A DNA stretch of 51,071 nt from the IMG/VR virus record IMGVR_UViG_3300031260_000127, positions 1 to 51,071 of that record. One strand, given 5' to 3'. Numbering within the stretch: the first letter of the stretch is position 1; every line of letters begins with the position of its first letter. The translations under genes were made by a program, and so were the position numbers. This DNA comes from a virus. Taxonomy: Duplodnaviria > Caudoviricetes. The notes beneath the pieces are model-generated. The model did not search any database. It saw nothing but the letters and a program-made list of their open reading frames with translations, and was not told where the DNA came from. Below are positions 8,383 through 17,087 of the stretch, piece after piece.

Positions 8383-8987
8383 TACTGCTGATCCTCAGCA
8401 TAAATGCCAGCACTGATAATGGCGCCACCCACACGGCGCTTGCCATAACCAATAGGTACGATGTTGCCTGCGGCAGAAGTATTAACGGCACCACCAAAGG
8501 CATAACTGGTACTGCTATCTTCATTGGACGAGGTAGATAGCGTTTGTGGTGACAGCATCTGAAATACGCCACCCGCTATCATTGAAATACCCACAGTACC
8601 AACAACGCCCCAAACCCCAGCACCTTCAGCAAATAGCGCACCGATTCCGCCAGGCCCCATATATACCGCTGCTGCAAAAAGTACGGCCCCAAATATTGTC
8701 TGAAATAGGCCTGCCCGCTTGCTGCCTTCCACTATTGGTACAATACGTAGCTCCCGGGTACCCGCCAATTCAAATTCTTTTTCTGACACATTCTCGCCAT
8801 TGCGGAAGATGGCATAGCGCATGCCGCGCTTTGACTGCAAATGAATAAATTGCTCAAACCCGGCTAGTGTGTGCTTGAGTGCTGAGAATGCTTCCCATGC
8901 TATGCCTGACTCCAAGTGCCTAATATGGGTACGGCCAAACTTAGCCGCCAGAGAGCCTGACAGCTTAATAACGGTTGGTTGAGACAT
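8382..8987 (-). CDS. I: Tail assembly protein I (lambda gpI-like)
   Basis: IKLSGSLAAKFGR start, hydrophobic Gly-rich segment, VPIGYGKRRVGGAIISAG. Confidence 0.9.
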   Translation of the reverse strand: MSQPTVIKLSGSLAAKFGRTHIRHLESGIAWEAFSALKHTLAGFEQFIHLQSKRGMRYAIFRNGENVSEKEFELAGTRELRIVPIVEGSKRAGLFQTIFGAVLFAAAVYMGPGGIGALFAEGAGVWGVVGTVGISMIAGGVFQMLSPQTLSTSSNEDSSTSYAFGGAVNTSAAGNIVPIGYGKRRVGGAIISAGIYAEDQQ

Positions 8988-9006
8988 GGAAGTTTCCTTT
9001 AGGCAA

Positions 9007-9033
9007 TAAAAAACCCCGGACAGTGCCGGGGCT
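9007..9033 (-). terminator. Rho-independent terminator after the Imm-like moron
   Basis: CCCCGG-CACTGT-CCGGGG followed by TTTTTT on the minus strand. Confidence 0.7.
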
Positions 9034-9101
9034 TAGAAATGATAAAACGGACAAATTAACTAAATAATCAAAACGTCATCTTGAAATTATCTTAGTGTTA
9101 A

Positions 9102-9590
9102 TCACACTTCTTTAGGCACAACATCACTACCACAGTGTTTACACTTTTTCGCCTTAGCCAAGATTTCTTCGGCGCAGAACGGGCACTCAACAGTCTGTTT
9201 CGCGCTCGAGCTAATCGATGGCTGCTGAGATGGTTGTGGTGTAGGATGCGTATCAGGTATAGTTTTCACAACTTCTGGCTGGTAATCCACTGAGCCAGGG
9301 TGAACCTTCAACGCCCAAACTAATGCCACAACCCAACCAACAAGCGTCCATCCTAATAAAAGGTTTAACGCAAAAATGCTGTAAAAGTTTGGTTGTTTAT
9401 GAATATAAGCTTCATACATTGGGTAAAAGTACAGCACGGGACCAGTAAGCAAAAATGAACCAGCCATGAATTGTCCAAAACCATTTAACTCATGTGCCGG
9501 GATTGTCCCAAATCCCCAACCAAGTGCTACCAACAACCCAAGCACAACTAACCTTACAATAAACATAAAAATTCCATTTTTAAAAATCAT
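9102..9590 (-). CDS. Superinfection immunity (T4 Imm-like) membrane protein with C-terminal zinc ribbon
   Basis: IFALNLLLGWTLVGWVVALVWAL motif; CPFC...CKHC. Confidence 0.8.
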   Translation of the reverse strand: MIFKNGIFMFIVRLVVLGLLVALGWGFGTIPAHELNGFGQFMAGSFLLTGPVLYFYPMYEAYIHKQPNFYSIFALNLLLGWTLVGWVVALVWALKVHPGSVDYQPEVVKTIPDTHPTPQPSQQPSISSSAKQTVECPFCAEEILAKAKKCKHCGSDVVPKEV

Positions 9591-9726
9591 GTTGTCTTTA
9601 TGTTAATTACATTTCAGCGGAATTGACAACCAGTTAATGGCGAAGTTGTGCTAACAGCGACATTATTCAGTTACCATTTTTAATGAATAGCCGCACAGCG
9701 GTTTCACCTATCATATCCCTCTTCCG

Positions 9727-9755
9727 TTGACAGCTTAGACGCATCTGACTATAGT
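9727..9755 (+). promoter_or_regulatory. Sigma70 promoter of the C4/antirepressor unit
   Basis: TTGACA-17 bp-TATAGT. Confidence 0.8.
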
Positions 9756-9764
9756 CCGCATTGA

Positions 9765-9823
9765 GGCGTCGAAACCTCATATACAGAGCGGCAATCCGCA
9801 CCCGATAGTTATGCGGATTTTTT
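9765..9823 (+). promoter_or_regulatory. c4-a1b1-like leader: upstream C4 target sites plus intrinsic terminator
   Basis: GTCGAAAC (9768-75), ATACAGAGCG (9781-90), stem AATCCGCA/TGCGGATT followed by a T run. Confidence 0.7.
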
Positions 9824-9850
9824 ATGCCATAACACTTGGCTCCCAGTTCT

Positions 9851-9932
9851 ATGCCGGGAGGCGTTAGCTATACAACACCCATAAGGGAAAGGCTAACGGC
9901 AGCGCTCTGTAGCTGTTTCGAACCTCCCGGAA
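9851..9932 (+). ncRNA. C4-like antisense RNA (P1/P7 immI type)
   Basis: Closing stem CCGGGAGG/CCTCCCGG and inner stem CGTTAGC/GCTAACG. Segments CGCTCTGTA and GTTTCGA are complementary to sites upstream (9768-90) and downstream (9955-70, at the antirepressor RBS). Confidence 0.75.
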
Positions 9933-9979
9933 CCCCATTATCGAAAGTGGGAATATTCGAAAATACAGAGGAAGCGAAA

Positions 9980-10816
9980 ATGTCACAGTCACTCATTCCA
10001 GCAGAAGCTGTTATCCGCAGCGATGGCATACTCAAAACTACTTCATTAAAAGTCGCTGAAGCATTTAATAAGCGCCATTCTCATGTGCTTCGTTCTATTG
10101 AAAATCTTGATTGCTCAGCAGAATTTACATCAGCCCACTTTTGGGTTCATGTTCAAAAAATCAGCATTGGCAATGGCGCCAGCCGTGAATCTAAGGTTTA
10201 CGAAATGACCAAAGACGGTTTTATGTTCTTGGTCATGGGGTTTACCGGTGCCAAAGCTGCCGCGATCAAAGAGGCTTATATTAATGCCTTTAACCAGATG
10301 GCGGAGACACTGAAAAACACAACAAAAACCAACAGCTATGATCGCACCTGCTTGCGCGATGCCATTAACATGTTGGTTGCCAAAAAGTCGTTGCTGTATT
10401 CAGATGCCTACAGCCTTATCCATCAGCGTTTTTCCGTAAGTCATATTGATCAACTTACCCAAGCGCAACTGCCGCAGGCAGTCGAATATGTTCACCGTAT
10501 GGCACTTGAAGGTGATTGGCTGGCACCCGCTGCATTACCGGAACCCAACTTTACCCAACAGTTTAGCTTTGATGAACTGTACCAGCTTGCCATGTTATGG
10601 CACCGCGCTGAGGTAATGCGACAATCCATTGAGCAGGTTTACCCGCTGCTGCGTGTTGCAGAACATCGCCTGGCTGGAAAATACTATGAAATGTATCGTC
10701 TGTTCAAGCTGGATATTGATAGTTCGCAGCGCTTGCTTGCCAGAGAAGTTGCTCAGGTGCAGTTACCCCATGACTATGAGTTTATGAGTAGTTTATTTGG
10801 CCTATTGCAAAGCTGA
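9980..10816 (+). CDS. Rha-family regulator / antirepressor (Rha N-domain plus P22 Ant C-terminal-like region)
   Basis: TTSLKVAEAFNKRHSHVLRSIE, YEMTKDGFMFLVMGFTGAKAAAIKEAYINAFNQM. ATG at 9980 after GAGG (ORF-track start 9836 runs through the C4 RNA). Confidence 0.88.
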   Translation: MSQSLIPAEAVIRSDGILKTTSLKVAEAFNKRHSHVLRSIENLDCSAEFTSAHFWVHVQKISIGNGASRESKVYEMTKDGFMFLVMGFTGAKAAAIKEAYINAFNQMAETLKNTTKTNSYDRTCLRDAINMLVAKKSLLYSDAYSLIHQRFSVSHIDQLTQAQLPQAVEYVHRMALEGDWLAPAALPEPNFTQQFSFDELYQLAMLWHRAEVMRQSIEQVYPLLRVAEHRLAGKYYEMYRLFKLDIDSSQRLLAREVAQVQLPHDYEFMSSLFGLLQS

Positions 10817-10828
10817 TTAATGGGTACT

Positions 10829-10852
10829 AAAAAGGCCACCGATGGTGGCCTT
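10829..10852. terminator. Terminator hairpin between convergent rha and hicA-like genes
   Basis: AAAAAGGCCACC-GAT-GGTGGCCTT. Confidence 0.7.
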
Positions 10853-11147
10853 ATTCTTCAACAGATAGCTTAACTTCATGAGGATCATCTTTAAGCTTTT
10901 TGTCGTTACAGTATTCGAGAAAAACTCGTTTACTTACTCCAGCTTGATTTGCCATAGATTTTACTAAGTCATTAGAAAATGGCGCTTTAGGGCAATCAAC
11001 CGTTACCTTAAGCATTTTACCACTTACCACTTTTTTCCAATGCACATGTGATGTGCCATCCTGTGGAAACTCTTCAAACCCCATATTCCTTAGGGCTCTT
11101 TTAACCTGCTCACAGGTAGGTGGTGCAAATTTTCTAAATAGTCCCAC
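10851..11147 (-). CDS. hicA: HicA-like toxin (dsRBD-fold mRNA interferase)
   Basis: VKRALRNMGF...GTSHVHW...VTVD...LVKSMANQAG pattern, basic, 98 aa. Confidence 0.75.
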   Translation of the reverse strand: MGLFRKFAPPTCEQVKRALRNMGFEEFPQDGTSHVHWKKVVSGKMLKVTVDCPKAPFSNDLVKSMANQAGVSKRVFLEYCNDKKLKDDPHEVKLSVEE

Positions 11148-11149
11148 TT

Positions 11150-11473
11150 TTATCTATGGACCAGTTCCATTGGTAGTACGTTGTTAAATATTCTGCAACT
11201 TTTTTTAAATTTAAGCAATTTTCCTAACATACTAACTGCTGCATATTCCATTCGCTGTGAAAGTGGCGCTTTACGATTGAGTAACTGTTCAGCGTATTCA
11301 CGATCAACAGTAAAAGCATCATGAATATAGGAATGAATCATAGATTCAAGCTTTTCCTTAGCTTCTTCCAGAGTTTCGGCTTGGGCAGCCAACGACAAAT
11401 CAACAGCAATTGCTACCCATGAATCGCCATCCTTTTTGGCGTAACACCGAATAACAAGTTGGTTTGTTCGCAT
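11150..11473 (-). CDS. hicB: HicB-like antitoxin
   Basis: WVAIAVDLSLAAQAETLEEAKEKL motif. ATG at 11473 after GGAG, directly upstream of the hicA-like gene. Confidence 0.7.
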   Translation of the reverse strand: MRTNQLVIRCYAKKDGDSWVAIAVDLSLAAQAETLEEAKEKLESMIHSYIHDAFTVDREYAEQLLNRKAPLSQRMEYAAVSMLGKLLKFKKSCRIFNNVLPMELVHR

Positions 11474-11501
11474 ACTATCTCCTAAGTGATTTAGCCCGCG
11501 C

Positions 11502-11529
11502 ATTATACGGATTTAATCTGCAAAGACAA
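11502..11529 (-). promoter_or_regulatory. Sigma70 promoter of the hicBA-like moron
   Basis: TTGTCT-16 bp-TATAAT on the minus strand. Confidence 0.65.
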
Positions 11530-11622
11530 CATTCCTGTTGTTCTTGTTGTATATCAAACGCTATCAAAGCACAACAAAAATGATATTTATTGGTTGCAGA
11601 CTCACATAAAAGATAGCAAATA

Positions 11623-12339
11623 TTAGCGATTCCTGCCTTGACAGTACCTTACCACCAACCGGGTATTACGCTGCCAGTAGCCACCATAGGGATCACGGCG
11701 AGACAGGCGGCCATAGAGATGGTGCAGCATATGGTTGTCGCCCAAATACACGGCAGCATGATTGACACGCTTTGACTGGATTTGCATCAAGATCACATCG
11801 CCTGGCTTTAAGTCGCTTTCCGGCACTGGTGAAAACCCGGCTTTGCCGTAGTTGTCGAGATACAGTTCTTGGTCACCTTCCCACCAACCATCTTCGCGGG
11901 TGAATTCTGGCAATGTGATGCCGCGTTCTAATTGATACCAGTCTTTGATCAGTGCGTAGCAGTCCCATACACCATGCACAAATGGCCTACCGAGTAACGG
12001 TGGTATTTCACCTGTGGGGACGATGGTACGCAAATCCCCTTCCGGCCAGCTGATAATATGCCAAGGCAGTGCGGTAGCTTCGCACATTGCCAGATCGTGG
12101 GCGCTCGGTTGGCTAGTTGCATCCGGGTGGCTGTGGCAGATACCAATAATAGTGCCGTTATCCTCTGCTGCAGCATAAGCTTCTGGCGCAATGCGAAACT
12201 CTTCATTTTTACTGGTGGCCACGTTATCACACGGCAGGTACTGCTCACCTTTTTGTGTAACAACGATCAAACCGCAGCATTCATGCGGGTATGCGCCGTT
12301 AGCGTGATCCCGGAACAGGTTGAGTGAAGATTGTTTCAT
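11623..12339 (-). CDS. K: Tail tip assembly protein K (JAB + NlpC/P60)
   Basis: YPHECCG, HSHPD, DCY, NHAAVYLG...LHH. Confidence 0.93.
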   Translation of the reverse strand: MKQSSLNLFRDHANGAYPHECCGLIVVTQKGEQYLPCDNVATSKNEEFRIAPEAYAAAEDNGTIIGICHSHPDATSQPSAHDLAMCEATALPWHIISWPEGDLRTIVPTGEIPPLLGRPFVHGVWDCYALIKDWYQLERGITLPEFTREDGWWEGDQELYLDNYGKAGFSPVPESDLKPGDVILMQIQSKRVNHAAVYLGDNHMLHHLYGRLSRRDPYGGYWQRNTRLVVRYCQGRNR

Positions 12340-12485
12340 TTCTGTTTTTGCTGGCTACCAGAAGATGGACGGCCACCATGACCGGAAGCGGTTGATGATT
12401 TACTTGGTTTCTTAATAACTTTTATCAAGATAGCGGCCGCGCCGATGATCACGGCCAGTAGCAATACAATGGCAATGGTATTCAT
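12336..12485 (-). CDS. Small single-TM protein (49 aa), absent from the ORF track
   Basis: GAGG SD. MNTIAIVLLLAVIIGAAAILIKVIKKPSK.... Its stop overlaps the K start (ATGA). Confidence 0.65.
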   Translation of the reverse strand: MNTIAIVLLLAVIIGAAAILIKVIKKPSKSSTASGHGGRPSSGSQQKQK

Positions 12486-12523
12486 GGTGTTACCTCGGTG
12501 GTTTGTTGCTTCTTAGGTATGAA

Positions 12524-13267
12524 TTACTTGATCATGCGAACTGCAGGGAACCCGCCAAAAGGCAGTTCTGCTGTATCGCCAAAGCGAAGTTTGCAGCCGT
12601 TAATAGTACCGCTGCACTGGTCTTGTTCTGGGTCGGTTGTAGGGTTGTCATCTTCATCAAACATAGCAGTGCCGGTATAGCCGCAATCAGGCCCGCGATA
12701 CTGGCCGCGCTGGCACCAGTAGCAATACGGTGTCATCTGGCGGCCCATCTTGAAATTGCCAACAGCGGCTGGGTTGGATAGCTGAAACTGCACATACTGG
12801 TTATTTTCGTCAGTTTTCCGATCCACCATCCAGATATCAATGTTTTCCTGTGTGGGATCGGCCTCTGGATTGCCCGCGGCGAAATTAACCGCATCAAGAT
12901 ATTTGGCTAGCGTTCGGTGAATGGTGACTTTGGCATTTTCCATATTCTGGTAGATCAGACAGACGGCTGAAATTGCGCCATCAAGATTTGCTACGGTCAG
13001 TTTTGGTGCTGATGGTGATCCGTCTGAGTTGATCTCCATATCTTTCAACTCAACCGGCCATGCACTGTATTCTTCACCTTGCCACCAGATGGATTTTGCC
13101 AGTAGTTCTTCACCCGTAGATACTGCATCGGCTATTTCAGATTCGGTGTGCGGCACTCTATGGGAGTGAAAGCGCAGTATATCTGCACCGAATGCAGAGC
13201 CATCCACTTCATAGAGGATCACTTCGCTACCGGGTTCCAGCGTTTGAATGTCGTGATTAAGTGCCAT
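12524..13267 (-). CDS. L: Tail tip protein L
   Basis: IWWQGEEYSAWP; C-terminal Cys cluster CYWC..YRGPDCGY..C..CKLRFG..LPFGGFP. Confidence 0.93.
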   Translation of the reverse strand: MALNHDIQTLEPGSEVILYEVDGSAFGADILRFHSHRVPHTESEIADAVSTGEELLAKSIWWQGEEYSAWPVELKDMEINSDGSPSAPKLTVANLDGAISAVCLIYQNMENAKVTIHRTLAKYLDAVNFAAGNPEADPTQENIDIWMVDRKTDENNQYVQFQLSNPAAVGNFKMGRQMTPYCYWCQRGQYRGPDCGYTGTAMFDEDDNPTTDPEQDQCSGTINGCKLRFGDTAELPFGGFPAVRMIK

Positions 13268-13605
13268 TAAGGGTGATATGCCTGTTCAAAGGTTACAGTG
13301 ATGCGGTAGATACCAGCGCCGAGCGGGTTGATGGAATACTTGCCAGCCGTCCATAGTGACAGTTGCCCAAGCGGTGGCTTCCACGCGAAGGATTTTGCGC
13401 CTTTATGCAGGTCGAGAAAGGCAGCAATGGCGGTGGCATCGGCTTTACGTTTGGTGAATGTGAGTGGCCACGTTTGTTTTTCATTATTGATGCCATCTGC
13501 CACTTTCTGGATGTAGCCATCGCCAAATTGGGCCGTTCTGACAGTAAAGTCCTTGTCGCCAGTGGCACTGCCATCCGGCACCCACGTGAATTCGAGAAGT
13601 GCCAT
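13267..13605 (-). CDS. M: Distal tail protein M
   Basis: VRTAQFGDGYIQKVADGIN, FLDLHKGAKSFAW. Start overlaps the tape-measure stop (TAATG). Confidence 0.9.
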   Translation of the reverse strand: MALLEFTWVPDGSATGDKDFTVRTAQFGDGYIQKVADGINNEKQTWPLTFTKRKADATAIAAFLDLHKGAKSFAWKPPLGQLSLWTAGKYSINPLGAGIYRITVTFEQAYHP

Positions 13606-16394
13606 TAGGTGTACCCTCGCATTGCCGCCCAAATCATGCCGCCCGGTTTTAGCTGTTTGGCAATTTCTTCTTGAGCACCTTGCTTGGCGGCATTAGCGTA
13701 TGCCTTAGCAACTTTGGCATTATCGGCGGTATTACCACTGTTTGATGCGGTAACATTGATATGCTGAGTGATCGTTAAACCATTGCCGCTATTAGTTGGT
13801 GTACCCGCCAGGTAGTTACCACCGACTACCCCACCATCAGCAAAGCCGCGATAGCCTTTGCGCATTGCTTCTACAGACGCCACTCCGCCATGTCTGGCAA
13901 CATCCTCCTGACTGAATACCACCTCCCCTTTATGCACAATTCCAGCAGGTTGATATTTACCGCCAGGGCCTGTGTAGCCACCTGACCAGTGTGGTTTAAT
14001 GACTGCAGCACTGGATGACGTAGTTTGTGTGCTGGTAACGCCAGCCCTATAGCCGCCGGCGGCAGATGAGACAAACAGGGAACCTAACATACCCACAATC
14101 GCTTGCCTTGCTGCAATGCGGGCTAAGTCAGCCAAAATCGATTTGGTAAAGTCAGCAAATGACAGTTTCCCGGTCATGGCAAAATTAACAATGGCATCTT
14201 CCATATTGCCAAAGGCGTTGGTAAATAGATTTTCTGTCTGCTTAGAGACGTCCCGCGCTGAATCCACATAGTTGGCAAATGCGGTGCTGGCGCCATTGCT
14301 CCAGTCCTCTCTGGCAGCATCCATTTTGGCAAAGTAATCATCTTGGTCAGCAAGGCTGGTGTTCAGATAATCGCGGTTAGCTTGTAACTGAGCTTGGTAA
14401 GTCTCGGCATTGATACCGCCGTTATTTTCACCTTTTTGGTAGGCCTCATAAGAGGCGCCATTCATTTTGAGATATTCACGTTCAATTTTCTGACGTGCTC
14501 TTAGGCGTTGTAATTCGGTACTGCCTTTGCCGAAGTTATCTAAATCATCACCATACTGTTGGCGTTGCTGTGCGGTTTTTGAGGATAGGCTGGCGATATA
14601 GGCCTGCATCTTCTGCAACTGGTCACGCTTGCGGATCTGATCTTCAAGTGCTTTGTTTTGTTCTAGGAGTGTCCGCTGCTGTTTCTCGTTTGCTAGCAGA
14701 CTTTTTTCATCTGCCGTTAGCACTTTCTTATTTTTTAGGTCAGCAATCTTCTGGTTAAATTCAATGAGATCCTGTGCAGATTTGCCAAGCTTTTGGGTGG
14801 TACCTAGTTGTTCCTGCAACACTGCATTTTGCTGCTGATACTGTTGCATCGCTTTGGTAGCCGCATCGGATTTTACATCTGGTGTTTTTGGATCTTTATA
14901 CAGATCATCAACATATTTTTTAATCTTTGCGATGCGCTCAGGGGAAATATCCTGACTATTAGGGTTATCTTTACGGATATTTTCTACATATTTATCAATT
15001 TCTTTATAAACTTTGGCGCGTTTTTCTGCAGGAGTTAAACTAGCTTCCTCCCATTTACTTAGCCCTTGTATGCCTTCAATTGCCAACTTCGCTTGAGCTG
15101 CACGTTTTTGCTGTGCATCAGTAAGCTGATCTTCTTTCTGTAAACTATCAACAATCAGTTGGGCCTGTGATTGCAGAGACTTTAGTCTATCCGCTCTACG
15201 AACAGCTTCTCCGCTGCCTTCTTCGCCTGGACCTTTAGCAACAAGATCATTAATTTCTTTATTTATATCTGCTAGCTTTTCAAGATCAGTTTCTGTACGA
15301 AAAATATTAAGCACATCATCCCATGATCTAGTCGCTCCAGATTTTAAGGCTCTCCATATCCTTTCTATTTCACCCAAATTATTGGTGATTTCACCGGCAC
15401 GCTGCGATAGTGCACTTCCAAATGAATCAAGTGCTAGTTGTACTGCTTCTGTCGTTTTTCCCTGTTTTTCTAACGCTGCGATTTGCTCATAAACCGATGA
15501 GGTGAGGACATTGTATTTTGCATTTAGCTCTACAGCAGCTTTGGCCGGGTCTTTTGCCAGTTTTTCGAATTCCTTGACGGTATCTTCCACGGCTTTGCCG
15601 GTGGTGTTTTCCATCAGGACAGCGATACCAGCCACCTGTTCAAGCTGGGATCCGGTAAATTTGCCAGTTTCAGCCACAGCCGCCAACGCGGCCGCCGCTT
15701 GGTGTTGGGTGCCGGTATATTGGCTGATACGTTTGGCAGCGTCTGCCATCTGGTTAGCACTGGAGCCAGCGGCATTACCCGTGAGGATTAATGCGCTGCG
15801 ATAAGCATCTGCCTCTTTACTGCCTTGATAGTAGGCGGCGGTGAGCGCAGCAACGGCGGCGGCAGAAATCGTCAGCGGATTCACTAGCCCAGCAATATAA
15901 GTACCCAAGGCTTTAGCCGCAGGGCCGATACCGCCGAACATATCCTTGATCTGTCCGCCCTGTTGCAGCAATACGGTCAATGGCCGTTGCCCAGCTTGCA
16001 GCGATACCACAATATCGGTGATCTGTGCTGGCATGCCGCGCATAGCCCACTGCATTTCTTTAGCAGACTTGCCATTGGCGTTAAAACCTTTTGACGTTAC
16101 ATCTAGCGCTGCGCGAGTCTCCTTAAGTTTATTAGCATAAATTTCAAAGTGTTCAGTATCAATAATGCCGTTTTTATGATGTTCTTTAAGCTGGATTAGT
16201 TGCTTATCCAGCTTCATGTATTCACCAACTAAAGGCTCTATGGAGCTGATTAGGCGGTCAGCTTCGCGTTCCTGCTGCTTTTGCTTATTCGTCAGCGCTT
16301 CCGCAGCTTTTTCAGCATCAGTCATCGCACGCTTATACTGACCAGTTTCAGCCATGATCTGTACGGTGAGTCTACCGAGGGATTTTCCTGCCAT
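13605..16394 (-). CDS. H: Tail tape measure protein (lambda gpH-like)
   Basis: 929 aa, helical. PAQITDIVVSLQAGQRPLTVLLQQGGQIKDMFGG and C-terminal GGYTGPGGKYQPAGIVHKGE. Confidence 0.95.
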   Translation of the reverse strand: MAGKSLGRLTVQIMAETGQYKRAMTDAEKAAEALTNKQKQQEREADRLISSIEPLVGEYMKLDKQLIQLKEHHKNGIIDTEHFEIYANKLKETRAALDVTSKGFNANGKSAKEMQWAMRGMPAQITDIVVSLQAGQRPLTVLLQQGGQIKDMFGGIGPAAKALGTYIAGLVNPLTISAAAVAALTAAYYQGSKEADAYRSALILTGNAAGSSANQMADAAKRISQYTGTQHQAAAALAAVAETGKFTGSQLEQVAGIAVLMENTTGKAVEDTVKEFEKLAKDPAKAAVELNAKYNVLTSSVYEQIAALEKQGKTTEAVQLALDSFGSALSQRAGEITNNLGEIERIWRALKSGATRSWDDVLNIFRTETDLEKLADINKEINDLVAKGPGEEGSGEAVRRADRLKSLQSQAQLIVDSLQKEDQLTDAQQKRAAQAKLAIEGIQGLSKWEEASLTPAEKRAKVYKEIDKYVENIRKDNPNSQDISPERIAKIKKYVDDLYKDPKTPDVKSDAATKAMQQYQQQNAVLQEQLGTTQKLGKSAQDLIEFNQKIADLKNKKVLTADEKSLLANEKQQRTLLEQNKALEDQIRKRDQLQKMQAYIASLSSKTAQQRQQYGDDLDNFGKGSTELQRLRARQKIEREYLKMNGASYEAYQKGENNGGINAETYQAQLQANRDYLNTSLADQDDYFAKMDAAREDWSNGASTAFANYVDSARDVSKQTENLFTNAFGNMEDAIVNFAMTGKLSFADFTKSILADLARIAARQAIVGMLGSLFVSSAAGGYRAGVTSTQTTSSSAAVIKPHWSGGYTGPGGKYQPAGIVHKGEVVFSQEDVARHGGVASVEAMRKGYRGFADGGVVGGNYLAGTPTNSGNGLTITQHINVTASNSGNTADNAKVAKAYANAAKQGAQEEIAKQLKPGGMIWAAMRGYT

Positions 16395-16726
16395 TATTCT
16401 TGCCCTGACGTTGTATTGGCCTGCAGATAACCGAGCACATCATCGAAAGAAGCTTCCTCTTCTTCACCGGGTGACCCAGAGAAGACCAAGAAGTCTTCAA
16501 GTTCTGCTTTGCCGCCATTGATAGTGTTGAGGTGGAACATCTGGTGAGCTGCGTACCATTCGCTACGGATTTGCATAGAAAGTGGGCCGTACTTGGCCCG
16601 GTATGCCATCCATTGCAGGACTTCCGTGTTAGTTAATTGGCTTTGCGCTTCCGCGATGGTTTTTCCGCCGATGCCGGCGAGGATGAGGTCGCACCAGAAT
16701 TCGTCGTCAGGGCTGAGGTTTTTGGG
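16394..16726 (-). CDS. Tail assembly chaperone GT, frameshifted C-terminal (T) part
   Basis: The -1 frame reads PKNLSPDDEFWCDLILAGIGGKTIAEAQ...WMAYRAKYGPL, open from the slippery site to 16394. Confidence 0.8.
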   Translation of the reverse strand, partial: PKNLSPDDEFWCDLILAGIGGKTIAEAQSQLTNTEVLQWMAYRAKYGPLSMQIRSEWYAAHQMFHLNTINGGKAELEDFLVFSGSPGEEEEASFDDVLGYLQANTTSGQE

Positions 16727-17079
16727 TCTGGTAGTTCTCCGAGATTATTCACCTCGTAGATGGCATACCAGAGCGCCAACCCAAGTCCATCACAGATAGG
16801 GCCATGCTCTTCATTACCCGCGAGATCACTGAGGGTAAAAATGGGGTTTCCCGTTTGCAGGTCCACTATCCCCGCTGAAATTTCAGCAGTGAGAATGTCC
16901 GGGCTACCTTTTGCCATAGCATCACGTACCGCCATTGCTGTCACAAACGACATAGGACGGACGCCAACGGTAGCCGTAAATTCTTTACCGGCATCATTGA
17001 GCCAGGTGATCTCTTTGGGGATCACCTTTGCGCGGGTAAAGGCCCCGGATGATTTAAGTGTTTCTAGGTTGAACTCCAT
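16633..17079 (-). CDS. Tail assembly chaperone G
   Basis: Located between tail tube and tape measure genes; contains the slippery heptamer. Confidence 0.85.
   Translation of the reverse strand: MEFNLETLKSSGAFTRAKVIPKEITWLNDAGKEFTATVGVRPMSFVTAMAVRDAMAKGSPDILTAEISAGIVDLQTGNPIFTLSDLAGNEEHGPICDGLGLALWYAIYEVNNLGELPDPKTSALTTNSGATSSSPASAEKPSRKRKAN
16720..16726 (-). other. Programmed -1 ribosomal frameshift site C CCA AAA
   Basis: XXXYYYZ heptamer in the correct phase of the G ORF, joining it to the T ORF. Confidence 0.8.
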
Positions 17080-17087
17080 AAATCACC

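Noticed and set aside
9836-9979. N-terminal extension of Rha in the ORF track
   Set aside because: It overlaps the C4-like RNA. The ATG at 9980 has an SD and starts just before the Rha domain.
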